A DNA stretch of 61,732 nucleotides from a virus (lineage: Duplodnaviria; Heunggongvirae; Uroviricota; Caudoviricetes): IMG/VR virus record IMGVR_UViG_2534682252_000039, one strand, 5' to 3'. The notes beneath the pieces are model-generated. The model did no database searches and was not told the DNA's origin. It was given only the letters and a program-made list of their open reading frames with translations. The translations under genes and the position numbers were made by a program. The number at the start of each line of letters is the position of its first letter. Position 1 is the first letter of the stretch. Positions 28,787 to 39,375 of the stretch are shown piece after piece.

Positions 28787-29698
28787 TTACACTGAACTTA
28801 CCGATCTCCAGGCATTATTAATATAAATCTGAACCGGGCGATAATAGACCCCACCGATATTGTCCGCAGACCGGGAGCCGGTTTCCTGCACGTTAATACC
28901 GGAAAGCATACAACCGGAAGGTGCGCTGTAATTCCATGATATTTCATTGCCTCCGGGTGAATGATAGCTCTGTGCTCCAAGCTGAACATTCTGTACATAC
29001 CGGCCATCTGCGGTTGACTGCGTCATTCCTGACGTGATGTTGATATCCTGCGTTCCGTCAAAAGGAACGCCATTAATATTTCTTGGGGTGGCGAGTCTGT
29101 TTGCTGCCACGGCGGTTCCACCCGATGGCAGGGCATCAGCAGCCTTATTTACCGTTTCCCGTAAACCGACGTTATCGATAAAAGCGCCTTTATCCGGAAT
29201 GTCTGCGCCGTTCTGCTCCCTGCGCAGGTAACGGTTATCACCTTCGCTCCTGCTGTAAACATCCAGATTATTACGGGCGGTTTCCGCATTCTCCAGGTCG
29301 GCAAGGTTCTGATCCTTCGCCAGGGCATTAACGTCAGCGGGACCAAGACTGTTTTTTGTGGCAAGCGTCCCCAGACCAAGATAACCACGGGCCAGACGCT
29401 GGGCTTCCGCACCGGCATCAGCAATTTCTTTCAGGTTGTTTTTCCGGGAAAAGGCATTCGCAGCGATAATGGCTTTAATGGACAGCGTAAGCTGGTTTAA
29501 CTGCGCCTTATCCGGCTGAATACTGGCTTCAGCCAGAATATTCAGCAGTTCGGCCTGGAGAATATTCAGCCAGTCCTGACCAATCCAGCTGATACCTTTT
29601 TGTCCGTCACCTTCGGTAAACCAGGTGGTGGTATTACTCTGCGCCGGAGCCAGTTCAGGCATATTCGCCACGCCGGAATTATTATCAACATGGAACAT
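28787..29698 (-). CDS. S: Tail fibre protein S (constant N-terminus + current variable tip)
   Basis: Start MFHVDNNSG abuts upstream stop; 303 aa; gix-R lies at codons ~173-181. Confidence 0.8.
   Translation of the reverse strand: MFHVDNNSGVANMPELAPAQSNTTTWFTEGDGQKGISWIGQDWLNILQAELLNILAEASIQPDKAQLNQLTLSIKAIIAANAFSRKNNLKEIADAGAEAQRLARGYLGLGTLATKNSLGPADVNALAKDQNLADLENAETARNNLDVYSRSEGDNRYLRREQNGADIPDKGAFIDNVGLRETVNKAADALPSGGTAVAANRLATPRNINGVPFDGTQDINITSGMTQSTADGRYVQNVQLGAQSYHSPGGNEISWNYSAPSGCMLSGINVQETGSRSADNIGGVYYRPVQIYINNAWRSVSSV
29156..29181. repeat. gix-like crossover site R, inside S
   Basis: Minus strand TTATCGATAACG-TC-GGTTTACGGGAA, inverted relative to site L. Confidence 0.55.
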
Positions 29699-30258
29699 TA
29701 AATAGTCTCCTCTTCGTGACTGTTTGCATATACGTAAATAAACGTCTGCCATGCAGGCTTATAACGGTTCAGAATACATTCCAGCGCACCACCCTCATAA
29801 ATACGCAGCGGGGTGAGAATATCATCCAGCACATTCATATTCCGGTAGCCGGTTTCACTGTTTATCGTGACAATACTGACCCACTGTGAATCCGGTGATG
29901 GCTGAATATCTATTTCATAACCAAACTCTGCCGCAAACCGGATATAAAATTCACGGTTAAGAGAGGGTTTCATCCGGTATTTATTCCCTGCATAACGCTG
30001 ACGTTCCTGAATGGTTGCGCCGGTCATATCACATTCCGGTAACCCCAGATAACGCTCCCAGTCTTCCAGCAGCAGACGGGATGAATCAGGAAAACGTTCT
30101 GCCAGCATCTGGTTACCGGTCCAGGAAACACGCTCCGTGGAATGACTGAGGCCCAGGCACAAAGCTGCAAGAACGGATGACGGCCGCTTATCCCATGCCA
30201 GCCCGTCAGGCAGCAACTGCAACAGGGCGCGCTGATGCGGGGTCAGGGTTACAGCCAT
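29698..30258 (-). CDS. Mu gp48-like tail/baseplate protein
   Basis: Position and size (186 aa). Confidence 0.65.
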   Translation of the reverse strand: MAVTLTPHQRALLQLLPDGLAWDKRPSSVLAALCLGLSHSTERVSWTGNQMLAERFPDSSRLLLEDWERYLGLPECDMTGATIQERQRYAGNKYRMKPSLNREFYIRFAAEFGYEIDIQPSPDSQWVSIVTINSETGYRNMNVLDDILTPLRIYEGGALECILNRYKPAWQTFIYVYANSHEEETI

Positions 30259-31334
30259 GTGATTTCCCCCACAGTCAGCAACTCTGTATCTCCGGCCATC
30301 ACGGACTTCAGCGGACTGCGAACTTCAAAATCCTCCAGTCCTTTCACCCCTGCAACAGCCCGCCAGAATGATGAAGGCAATACAAGTCCACCCGGCCGCG
30401 ATTCGTTATAAAGCAGGTCCGTTAATGCCTGTTTTACGGCAGCCTGATTTTCCGGCGTTTTGGGTACAATCCTGATCTCAAACGCCACCGGCTTATTGGT
30501 CAGCTTAAACACGCTGATTGTCGGCCCAAGTGGCTGACCAACGGGCTGGCCCGTCGCCGGATCATCATGACTGCGGATATAATCCGCCACCCGCTTCACA
30601 TCACCTTCTCCGGGGAAAATGTCAGGGTTATTATCCTGAACAAAAGTCACACCAACACTACCCGCCTCAGGCCATTCAGGCTTACACCATGCCCGCGTCA
30701 CGCCCGGTACTTCCCGTGCCCAGCGTTCAAAATCATACTGTGTTCCCCCTGATGGCGGGTTCTGTACCCGGAATACCAGCCTGGACAGCAACTCCGGCAC
30801 CGTTTCCACATCCGCACCACCGGTGAGTCCCGTGCCGGTAACCGTGGCTGTCTGGTTGATGCCCGCCTGTGGCGTGATAAAGGACAGGCGGGTTCCGGTC
30901 GGGGTATTTCCGGCGCGCCCCGCACTTTCCGCCTCCACATTAACATTCAGTGTTCCGGCTTTTCCGGTCGCAGAGCCGGTGATGCGGTACACAACACCAT
31001 CGCTTCGCTGAAGGAGTACGCCTTCCGTGATCCCTGCATCCGTGGTCAGCATCAGTTGTACCGGTCCGTCAGCGCGGGAAGCCGGTTTACGGATGACACC
31101 CCAGAATGCGCAGTGTTTCAGGAGTTCGGCTTCATCAGCTTCTGTCGGAATTATCTGCCGGGAGATCCAGGCCAGATGTTCATGCTCCTGTGCTGACAGA
31201 CCCGCCAGTGCATACGCAATGGCATTCAGGGTGGTTTCATTCACGCCCGGCTGCGAACCGGGCAGGCGCTGGCTGATATCCTGTTGTGTCTGTGTGATCA
31301 GTTGCGCCAGTGGTAAGGGCTGATAAGGCATCAT
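30249..31334 (-). CDS. Baseplate J-like protein (Mu gp47-like)
   Basis: Position and size (361 aa). Confidence 0.7.
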   Translation of the reverse strand: MMPYQPLPLAQLITQTQQDISQRLPGSQPGVNETTLNAIAYALAGLSAQEHEHLAWISRQIIPTEADEAELLKHCAFWGVIRKPASRADGPVQLMLTTDAGITEGVLLQRSDGVVYRITGSATGKAGTLNVNVEAESAGRAGNTPTGTRLSFITPQAGINQTATVTGTGLTGGADVETVPELLSRLVFRVQNPPSGGTQYDFERWAREVPGVTRAWCKPEWPEAGSVGVTFVQDNNPDIFPGEGDVKRVADYIRSHDDPATGQPVGQPLGPTISVFKLTNKPVAFEIRIVPKTPENQAAVKQALTDLLYNESRPGGLVLPSSFWRAVAGVKGLEDFEVRSPLKSVMAGDTELLTVGEITWL

Positions 31335-31768
31335 TCCCCCTTCATATCAGCATAAAAAATCATCGGATGTCTGCTTCCGTCCGGCAGGGTGATTTTCACG
31401 GAAAGCGAAAGGCGATCATGCCCCACACGCATGGCATGACATACCACGGATGTGGCAACACCGCTTTTATGCAGCCACGCCAGCGCTTCATCAGCATAGG
31501 CCTGTGCACGGCTGACCACGGAGGACAGCGTCTTTTCACGGCTTAACAGCCAGAGACGGGAGCCAATGGGGCGCTCCCGGAAACTGTCTCCCCACCATCC
31601 CCGACGGTCACGGGTGCCGTCAGGGATTTCATCGGAATCCAGCGCCCGCCTGTCCGTAAACAGTGAAATAATGACCGCAGTCAGCAGGCTGTTATCCGTC
31701 AGAAGATCTGCGCCGTTCAGTTGCAGGGAACCACAACCCTGATCCCAGACGACAGCAATATCAGCCAT
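31331..31768 (-). CDS. Mu gp46-like baseplate protein
   Basis: Start MADIAVVWDQG; track ORF extends upstream in overlap. Confidence 0.6.
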   Translation of the reverse strand: MADIAVVWDQGCGSLQLNGADLLTDNSLLTAVIISLFTDRRALDSDEIPDGTRDRRGWWGDSFRERPIGSRLWLLSREKTLSSVVSRAQAYADEALAWLHKSGVATSVVCHAMRVGHDRLSLSVKITLPDGSRHPMIFYADMKGE

Positions 31769-32375
31769 TCTCTGGTCCTCCCGTTTTGCTGCCTTCACCG
31801 TTATCGTGATGCACATGACCTGAATAGGTGATCCCGGCAATAACCGCTTCGGACATCGTGAACGCCCCCTGTGATCTTCCGGTGCCGTCAATGGACACAT
31901 TGCCTTTGACATGCAGGTTCTTATCCACTGTGATATTACCGGTAAAGTGAGCCTCCGGTGTATCCACCTGAACACCTTCATCGGCGTAAATCTCCAGCGT
32001 CTTACAGGTCACAATGATCCGGCCGTTCTTTGTCAGACGTATACGGTGCCCCTCATGGTGATACACGCCGGTATCTCCGGCGGTAAGTCCGGTCGGGCGA
32101 CTGCGGCGGTCTTCCACCACAAGCACCACGGCCTGATCCCGTTGTCCGCCAGCACAGGCCAGAAAAACTTCCGCACCAGGCAGGGGGACGCTGATTTGCC
32201 CGTACTGCTGGGGGCGTTCAACGTCATCAAAGGTTTCACCATCCATACCGGTGATTTGCACATTCTGGATTTTCAGCGTGTCCGTTGTGCCGGTCAGTAC
32301 ACCACGCCCGAACAGCAGACGAACACCCCGCATCACGGGGGCCAGAAGGCGGCTGATGACTTCGTCATTCATCAT
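31761..32375 (-). CDS. Baseplate spike / assembly protein (Mu gp45-like)
   Basis: Position and size. Confidence 0.65.
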   Translation of the reverse strand: MMNDEVISRLLAPVMRGVRLLFGRGVLTGTTDTLKIQNVQITGMDGETFDDVERPQQYGQISVPLPGAEVFLACAGGQRDQAVVLVVEDRRSRPTGLTAGDTGVYHHEGHRIRLTKNGRIIVTCKTLEIYADEGVQVDTPEAHFTGNITVDKNLHVKGNVSIDGTGRSQGAFTMSEAVIAGITYSGHVHHDNGEGSKTGGPENG

Positions 32376-33489
32376 TGAATTTAATCCCCTGTTTTTTCAT
32401 CTGTGCCCGCACGAAGGCGTCCACGTCACCCGCATTTCCGCTTCCGCTGTTTCCCGGCTCTGCCGGAACAATAAAGCCGTCACGGGGTGCCAGAATCAGA
32501 CGGGTGGTTTCGCCGTGATTTGCATCCAGCGAAAACTCCACCTGACAGACAAGAAGATCACGCTCTTCCACTCCGGTGCGGGGAGCCGTGACAGCCGTCA
32601 GCAGGTTGATATCCCACAACTGGCCGTTCTCCCGAAACCAGTGCCGCACGGTGGCTGTCAGGCGCACAGAGCGGGCAACCGCCCGGCGCATTTCCCGGAC
32701 AGCCCTCTGGCGTGCACCGTCTGCATCAACAGCATGATCCGCCAGCACAATTTTCGGTCTGTAACGGTGGATGGCACTGTCTGTCACCGTACCAACTGGT
32801 GCGGCCAGCGTTCCGGCTGTCAGTGCATCCCCGGCATGACCACCACCACGCCCGTGCCCCCGTACACGGTATTCACTGTGGCGCAGACGGTGATCCACGT
32901 TGTGATCCAAATCCAGCAGATTTTCGCCCAGCGTCAGCGTGTCGCCACGCTGACTGCCGGCCTGAGTGAAAACCAGTTCACCGGCGGCATTACTGGTTAC
33001 CAGGACGCCTCTGTGTCTCGCGGCCCGTGTCAGCGCATCTGCCACGGTTTCTGAATTTTCCAGTGTGAAGGTGGAAAAGGGCCGGGCTGCCGTTGCATCA
33101 TTTACCTGCCAGCGCACCGTGACCCCGAACGGAGCACACAAATCTGAAGCAATGTGCTCCAGCGTGCGGTTCCTCCACTGGCTGCCCGGATGAATGGCTG
33201 AACAGTCCACCAGGTCACCGGTTTTATCCCGTCCGCTGAGCGTGATCTGAAAACGCGTGGCGCTGATGCGCTGCCGGACCTGATCCAGCCAGCCAGTGAT
33301 CACAGGCTGACCGTCAATGCGCAATTCCAGAGACTGACCGGCACGGACGGATGACGGAAGGCGTACACCGGGCATCATTACCCCCAGTTCAAAGGAGCCC
33401 GCCAGATGTTCAAGAGAGCGACGAACACTCACCGTCAGCCAGCCGGAAAAAATCTCACCGCCCAGATACAGTTCAACCCTGCTGCTCAC
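32365..33489 (-). CDS. Mu P (gp44)-like baseplate hub protein
   Basis: Position and size (374 aa). Confidence 0.7.
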   Translation of the reverse strand: MSSRVELYLGGEIFSGWLTVSVRRSLEHLAGSFELGVMMPGVRLPSSVRAGQSLELRIDGQPVITGWLDQVRQRISATRFQITLSGRDKTGDLVDCSAIHPGSQWRNRTLEHIASDLCAPFGVTVRWQVNDATAARPFSTFTLENSETVADALTRAARHRGVLVTSNAAGELVFTQAGSQRGDTLTLGENLLDLDHNVDHRLRHSEYRVRGHGRGGGHAGDALTAGTLAAPVGTVTDSAIHRYRPKIVLADHAVDADGARQRAVREMRRAVARSVRLTATVRHWFRENGQLWDINLLTAVTAPRTGVEERDLLVCQVEFSLDANHGETTRLILAPRDGFIVPAEPGNSGSGNAGDVDAFVRAQMKKQGIKFNDE

Positions 33490-34843
33490 TAATCACCTCC
33501 ACTGAATGGCCTCCGGGAATGAACAGCGGATCAACAATACCGTTACGGCGCACAAAACGTTGCCAGCCGGTACTGTTCCCGGTGGCACGGTACAGGGTCA
33601 CCAGTGCAGGCTCGGTGGTACGTACAGTCACTACTGTTGCACCGGGTAGCTGAACTCCCCGTGTATTCAGATCCTCTGTCAGTGCCAGTCTGGCATCACG
33701 AAGCGTCAGCGCCGTGGCGGTATACCCCTGCCCGGACAGTGTCATCACCTGCCGTTCGAGCGCTTCGCTTAAGTCACGGTTAATGCGCTGAAGATCAACT
33801 GAACTTTCCAGCCAGACAGGCCAGGTACGGTGGGCTGCGTCACTGTCCGGCAGGGTTTCCTGACTGAGAACCTGATCCAGCAGTTTTCCCACGGTCTGTG
33901 CCTGGGCCACCACGGCAGCACTCTGCATTACCGCCCGTATCAGACGAATATTCTTTTGTGCTGCCGGTGTCAGACCGATGAGAGTCTGCGGATTATCCTG
34001 CTCATCCAGCACGTAACGCAGGGAAGATAATGTCCTGTACAGTTGTGGCATTCCCTGAGAGACGGCGGATGTCGTCCGGCCGATACTGCCACCGGGCCGG
34101 GTATTCAGGCCTCCTGAAGACAGTGACGGCAGCGATGGCAGGGTGATCAGGGCACTGAAAAGCCCCGCAAAAGATGAGGCCATGCGGGAAGGTGCTGTCA
34201 GTAATGCCGTGGCATTCCCTTTCAGCGCCGTGAACGTGGCAGTAAAGGCACTGATATCCTGTACAATCCCCATGCCGGAAACGGCATTTTCCAGGGCGGA
34301 CACCTTATCACTGATGGTTTCGGTCATTGCCTGGACATCGTGCATTCCGTCAGAGATCACCGTCCAGCCCGCTTCCAGGGTTTCAAAAACCTGCCCGAGC
34401 GCGGTGGTACTCTTCTGCTCCAGAATGGCGGCCGTGTCCTGTGTGACAGCAGGTGCGGTATCATCACTTACCGGCGTGACATTAATGGTGAACTCAACCA
34501 CGCCCTGTTCAGCGGCGTTATAACGACTTTCAAAGCTGTTTATCAGCACATTTAACGTGCCGTAATCCGGGTGAAGCAGCTCCCCGGCACCGGGAGCACG
34601 AAGGGCATCACGCAGACGATTTCGCTGCGTCTGAACATCATCCCCCATCACAAGTACACTGAACGTAAATTCAGCCAGTTTAGGTCCCAGATCGTCTGCC
34701 CCACCGGTTTCCCGTAACGGATATTCCCGACGGACAATGTTTCGCCCGCCACGTTCGCGCTGCTCACGCCAGACGAGGAACGGCACACCACGGAACGCAC
34801 CACGACCGTCACCAGAGGCCATAATTCCCTCCGTTCCAGACAT
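33473..34843 (-). CDS. DNA circularisation protein N (Mu gp43-like)
   Basis: Position after tape measure; size. Confidence 0.7.
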   Translation of the reverse strand: MSGTEGIMASGDGRGAFRGVPFLVWREQRERGGRNIVRREYPLRETGGADDLGPKLAEFTFSVLVMGDDVQTQRNRLRDALRAPGAGELLHPDYGTLNVLINSFESRYNAAEQGVVEFTINVTPVSDDTAPAVTQDTAAILEQKSTTALGQVFETLEAGWTVISDGMHDVQAMTETISDKVSALENAVSGMGIVQDISAFTATFTALKGNATALLTAPSRMASSFAGLFSALITLPSLPSLSSGGLNTRPGGSIGRTTSAVSQGMPQLYRTLSSLRYVLDEQDNPQTLIGLTPAAQKNIRLIRAVMQSAAVVAQAQTVGKLLDQVLSQETLPDSDAAHRTWPVWLESSVDLQRINRDLSEALERQVMTLSGQGYTATALTLRDARLALTEDLNTRGVQLPGATVVTVRTTEPALVTLYRATGNSTGWQRFVRRNGIVDPLFIPGGHSVEVISEQQG

Positions 34844-36884
34844 TCACATCCAGTCCGTGACCGGACGTGTCATCAATATCAATACTGCGAGCCTGCCACC
34901 CTTCCGGGGCAACCAGCTCCACACGGGCAGAGGCTTTTTGTACCGCCTGTCCACTGCTTTCATCATCACTGCCCCGTAATTTCTGCCAGGCTTCAGTCAG
35001 CCATCCCCCCAGATAGTTACCGAGATAGCTGCCCACCGTAGAACCAATGGCAATCCCCACAGGTCCGGCTGCCGCCCCCAGCGCACCACCGGCAATACTG
35101 CCTGCAAGAGAGCCGACCGCTTCTCCCTTGTCTGTGGCACTGGCGCTGCCATCCAGCAGAACCGGGGCTGCCATCGCGCCAGCCCACAGGGCACCGCCAC
35201 CCAGCCGGCCGGCCAGTCCACCGGCACTGCGGAAAAAGCCGGAGAAACGCCCCAGCCCCATGCGGCTACCGACAGACGAAAGTAACCCACCGGCGCGCCC
35301 CATCATGCGCCCCCAGAACCCTGCCCCACCAGAAGAGGGAGACGGTGGCACTGGGGACGGTGGCAGGGGAGGCGTGACCGGTCTTCCGCGCCCCGGTCCG
35401 CGTTTCCTGCGGCCCCGCCCCTGACGTCCGCCTGAGGAAGTATCGGTCGCGCCGGTGCCGGACAGTCCTCCTGTGGGCCAGTTTGTTACAAGTACTGGCT
35501 GAACGGCTGCCGGATTTACCCCGGTAAGAAAGTTTATAAAACGTTGCCCTCGTCCCTGAGATGTGCCTGGTGGTGTTCCGGCCGGAGGAGAGCGCCGGAA
35601 AGGTGAAGTCAGGAAGGCCGCCGCTGATAATCCGTATCCCAGCAATGCAGCACCCGGACGTATAATCCCCATTCCGACAGCCCGCGCCATTTTCAGGGCA
35701 CGGGTGGCGAGATACATGTACAGCAGGTATTTCGCGGCGGTCTGTGCCCCCTGACCAATGCGATCCAGCGCATCACCATAGCCCGCATCCCGCAGAGCCT
35801 GAAGCGTGTCGCGTACCTTTCTGATCGCCTGATAAAACCCTGTCACTGCATCACGGGCATACTCAAAGCCCTGGTTCATGGCTGATGCCGTGCTTTCCGC
35901 CAGGGAATGGTAACTGCCATCAGATTTGGCACTGTCAACCCATGAAAGAAATCCCCTGAGATTACCCTTCAGTTTTTCAAATGGCCCACTGTCCATCACA
36001 TCCCGGGCAAACTGATCCCAGACGTCACCCATCATGGCCGTCAGGCCACTCCAGGAATTCATTGCGTCCTTTTGTGCTCCCCTGGCCTGTTCCGCCAGCG
36101 TCTGAAATAACAGGCGAATACTGTCCGGCCCAAGCAGCCCTTTTTCACCAAGTTTTCTGACCACTTTCTGGTCCACACCCAGACGATCAGCCAGCACGCG
36201 GTAGGCATTAATGCCGTAGGTGGCAAGAATATTTGCATCCGCCGCCTGAATACTGCCTCTTGCATACATCTGTTTCAGTTGCAGGGATGCCCCCTGTGCA
36301 TCGGACAGTGACCAGCCGCCCACGGCACCCTGATCCTGAAGCATGGTGACAAAATTTCGGGCCTCCCTGTCACTCATACCAAAGCCCAGACTGGACGTAT
36401 ATTCCTGCATGACGCCAGCCAGCCCCCAGGTGGTTTCCTTCGCATTCTGTATTGCCCACCTGCGGACATCATCAGTTTTCGCCCGATCCCCTTTGTAAAG
36501 GGAGTTCAGGCGAATCATATAGGTTTCCATCTCCGCTGCCGGGCGAATAAATCCCCGGTTAAAGCCATATACAGCAGCACCACCGGCCAGCATTCCGTAA
36601 AGATTGCTGATCCGCCCGATGGTGCCGGTAATACTGCCCTGAAGACGGTCAAAATCAGAAGTGACATGGCGGATACTGCCCCGCACCCCGGCCAGCGTGC
36701 GCTGCATCCTGCTTCCGAGTACATCTGTTTCCTGCCCGGCACGGCGGGCCGCATTTCCCAGACCACCCAGCCCCGCCTGGCCGGAGCGTGAGAATGCCCC
36801 CAGCTCCTGAGACCACTGGCGGGATTTGGCTGAGATATTGCCGAGCAAATCAACTATCAGAGATGCTCTGAGATTTCGGGCCAT
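34809..36884 (-). CDS. Tail tape measure protein
   Basis: 691 aa; Gly-rich repeats; C-terminal Pro/Gly-rich region. Confidence 0.8.
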   Translation of the reverse strand: MARNLRASLIVDLLGNISAKSRQWSQELGAFSRSGQAGLGGLGNAARRAGQETDVLGSRMQRTLAGVRGSIRHVTSDFDRLQGSITGTIGRISNLYGMLAGGAAVYGFNRGFIRPAAEMETYMIRLNSLYKGDRAKTDDVRRWAIQNAKETTWGLAGVMQEYTSSLGFGMSDREARNFVTMLQDQGAVGGWSLSDAQGASLQLKQMYARGSIQAADANILATYGINAYRVLADRLGVDQKVVRKLGEKGLLGPDSIRLLFQTLAEQARGAQKDAMNSWSGLTAMMGDVWDQFARDVMDSGPFEKLKGNLRGFLSWVDSAKSDGSYHSLAESTASAMNQGFEYARDAVTGFYQAIRKVRDTLQALRDAGYGDALDRIGQGAQTAAKYLLYMYLATRALKMARAVGMGIIRPGAALLGYGLSAAAFLTSPFRRSPPAGTPPGTSQGRGQRFINFLTGVNPAAVQPVLVTNWPTGGLSGTGATDTSSGGRQGRGRRKRGPGRGRPVTPPLPPSPVPPSPSSGGAGFWGRMMGRAGGLLSSVGSRMGLGRFSGFFRSAGGLAGRLGGGALWAGAMAAPVLLDGSASATDKGEAVGSLAGSIAGGALGAAAGPVGIAIGSTVGSYLGNYLGGWLTEAWQKLRGSDDESSGQAVQKASARVELVAPEGWQARSIDIDDTSGHGLDVNVWNGGNYGLW

Positions 36885-37010
36885 ACTTACTGCTTCGTTC
36901 TGATGATTTTTTCTGTCTGTCGGCAGTGCCGGTAAAGTTGCGACAGGGGGAGGTTAAGCGCCCATTCCGGGCCACTTTTTGTCACCATCCCCAGGATAAT
37001 TGCCGCTTCT

Positions 37011-37505
37011 TCAATCTGATCCCGACACTGCGCCTGATCGCCCCCGGTCAGCTGCCAGCTTTCCGGCAAGCGCGGTATCCAGCAGGCTGACCGCTGCCAT
37101 CAGGCGGGAGAGATCGCGCTCGCTTAACTGTCCAATCTGACGGGGTGACAACGGACCTTCAATGTCTCCCACTGCGGCAATCTGACGGCGCAGCAGTGCA
37201 ACACCGCGTAACGACGGAGACGCTATCAGCATCGGGCCATTGTTTGTCTCCACCACGCGCTCGGCTTCTGCTTCTGCGTCAATACTGTCTTTCGCTGTCA
37301 GTTCCCGGAACGTGACACGATATTCACGGGTCTCACCAAACGGCAGACCATCAAGCAGATCCACATATCCCTTTGCCAGTTGCTCTGTCAGCCCGGCAGT
37401 GCGTGGATCAGCCCCCTCAAGTGCTTCCCGGATTGCCTCCATCACGGCTGCCTCGGAAACTGCCGTTTTTTTCTTACGTGTGGTCATTTTATTTTTCCTG
37501 ATCAC
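37011..37505 (-). CDS. Tail assembly chaperone-like protein (Mu gp41 position)
   Basis: Position between tube and tape measure. Confidence 0.45.
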   Translation of the reverse strand: MIRKNKMTTRKKKTAVSEAAVMEAIREALEGADPRTAGLTEQLAKGYVDLLDGLPFGETREYRVTFRELTAKDSIDAEAEAERVVETNNGPMLIASPSLRGVALLRRQIAAVGDIEGPLSPRQIGQLSERDLSRLMAAVSLLDTALAGKLAADRGRSGAVSGSD

Positions 37506-37867
37506 TGAACACGGGTACTGGTGGCGCTGGCGAACTTCACGGAGATCTCCCCGCCACCGTCAAGCGAGGCCGGTTCACTGCTCCAGGCCTTCGTCATCAT
37601 GTGGACTTCGCCGGTATCCGCCACAAACTCGATAGTGACAGCAGTCCAGTTGTTGATTTCATCGGCGGCTGGTGAACCTTCTCCGCCTGCCGGAAATTTG
37701 CAGTCCAGCGTCGCTTCACGTGGTTTCTGGCGGTAACCATAGACTTTCGCGCCTTTCACCACTTCACGTTCAAAACCTGACGGAGAAAATGTAGCCCCCT
37801 CAAGCGTCTCGTATTCCTGACCGTTCACACGGATAGTGGCCGTGCCCTGATACTGTTTTCCGCTCAT
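37502..37867 (-). CDS. Tail tube protein
   Basis: 121 aa after sheath. Confidence 0.7.
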   Translation of the reverse strand: MSGKQYQGTATIRVNGQEYETLEGATFSPSGFEREVVKGAKVYGYRQKPREATLDCKFPAGGEGSPAADEINNWTAVTIEFVADTGEVHMMTKAWSSEPASLDGGGEISVKFASATSTRVQ

Positions 37868-37875
37868 GCCTTACC

Positions 37876-39375
37876 TCACAAAATGAAACGGATCTGTGCT
37901 GCCAGGAAGCGGAACTGGTTAACCAGATCCGGCGTGCATAACACGTCAAGACGGTTTCGATCTGACGCATTACGCTCCACAAGCAGATTCTTTTTAAAGG
38001 TGTCCAGATTTTCGACCAGCCCGAGTTCCACCCACTCTTCACCCAGCGAAATTAACTGAAGCTTCATGATCTCCGGCGTCACGATATTCTGACCGGCACG
38101 AACGGGCGTCCCGTCATCAGCCAGTTTATGGCGCGGAAAACGTTGTGTGATAAAAGTACGCAGGGAATAACGCAGCCAGGAGAGGGTGTAGATGGTTTCC
38201 ACATCCAGATAGCTGGGATCACTTTCGCCGTACACGTTCTGGCGATACATGGTCACCTGACGTTCGATCTGAACCACATCACCGGCAGCCACACTGACCG
38301 TGGCAATCCCTCCCCACAGCAGACTGTTACGCTCTTCACGCGTCAGACGATCGGCCGGGGCCGGGGCCATGCGTGACGGAAGCGCCAGCGTCTGAAGCGG
38401 ACGCGCAGGATCTGCCCCCAGAGACGGCGCACAGGTGGCGCAGACCGCCGCTGCCCAGAGGTAATCCGGTTCAGGGGCTTTGGGAATGAATGTGCAGGTC
38501 GCCAGAAAATCATTGCGTTTTGCCCCGAATGCCTGCACCTCACCAAACGTGCCGGTATGCGCCATCCACAGCACACCGTCAGACATTTTGGCCGGTCCCC
38601 AGCGTTTCAGAAGCTCATCACTGATGATTTTCAGGTTTGCATCATCCTTATAGGGCATGACGACATAGTTGTACTGGCGATCGCCCATACCCGCCACGCT
38701 TCGGGTGATATCCGGGTTAGTGGCTTTTGTTTTGGGATACCCAAGTTCAATGGTCAGTCCACCCGGTGTGGTTTCTCCGTCATGATAATTAACACGGATA
38801 TCATGTACGGAACATTCACCGGTAAAACGGGCATTAATTCCCATACTTCCCTTGAGTCCGCTGGCGTTATCTGCTACCTGACCTGCATAAGCACTGAAGG
38901 GCGCATCAGCATCGGCATTAATAACAGAGACCAGAGCGTCAATAAGCTCCTTACCCTTCTGCCCTTTCGTGACAGCCAGCAGATAACGCCGACCGCCGAT
39001 ATAAATGTGCAGAACACCATCCTGAGAGGCGGTGCCAATTATATTCATGAGACATGCCTGAGCCTGACCGGTGCCGCTCCCCTGAGCAATGGCATACAGT
39101 TCAGCATCAGGATTGATGGCGATAAATTCCGCCACCATCAGGGCAATCATGGAGCCGCGCCCCCAGAATTCTGTTGCCTGAGACGCACGGGTGATCCTGA
39201 CCGGAACATCCAGAACACCGGCACCGTCCACGGCATTCTCTTTCATTCTCGCCTGACCAAACAGCAGCACACACTGACGCTGTGCCGGAGTGCCGGTGAC
39301 AGCCATGGAGTTATTAAACTCAACCTCAATCAGCGGTATACGGCGGTCATTACCGATCCCGTCAAAATTAATCAT
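37876..39375 (-). CDS. Contractile tail sheath protein
   Basis: 499 aa; Mu L position. Confidence 0.85.
   Translation of the reverse strand: MINFDGIGNDRRIPLIEVEFNNSMAVTGTPAQRQCVLLFGQARMKENAVDGAGVLDVPVRITRASQATEFWGRGSMIALMVAEFIAINPDAELYAIAQGSGTGQAQACLMNIIGTASQDGVLHIYIGGRRYLLAVTKGQKGKELIDALVSVINADADAPFSAYAGQVADNASGLKGSMGINARFTGECSVHDIRVNYHDGETTPGGLTIELGYPKTKATNPDITRSVAGMGDRQYNYVVMPYKDDANLKIISDELLKRWGPAKMSDGVLWMAHTGTFGEVQAFGAKRNDFLATCTFIPKAPEPDYLWAAAVCATCAPSLGADPARPLQTLALPSRMAPAPADRLTREERNSLLWGGIATVSVAAGDVVQIERQVTMYRQNVYGESDPSYLDVETIYTLSWLRYSLRTFITQRFPRHKLADDGTPVRAGQNIVTPEIMKLQLISLGEEWVELGLVENLDTFKKNLLVERNASDRNRLDVLCTPDLVNQFRFLAAQIRFIL

Larger units (their letters stand above)
27742..29168. mobile_element. 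Invertible tail-fibre segment (~1.43 kb) between the two gix-like sites
   Basis: Inverted gix-like sites; homologous inverted segments next to each site; alternative fibre tip and chaperone on opposite strands. Confidence 0.6.

Noticed and set aside
27689-29231. ORFs 27689..27904 (-) and 29034..29231 (+)
   Set aside because: Antisense to the tail-fibre coding regions; their mutual similarity simply reflects the inverted homologous fibre segments.
27880-29830. Apparent 1-2 nt frame inconsistencies when hand-translating across a few line breaks (near 28080, 29640, 29820)
   Set aside because: Most likely my own counting error; the ORF-track proteins are self-consistent, so track coordinates were used and hand-located sites are quoted as approximate.
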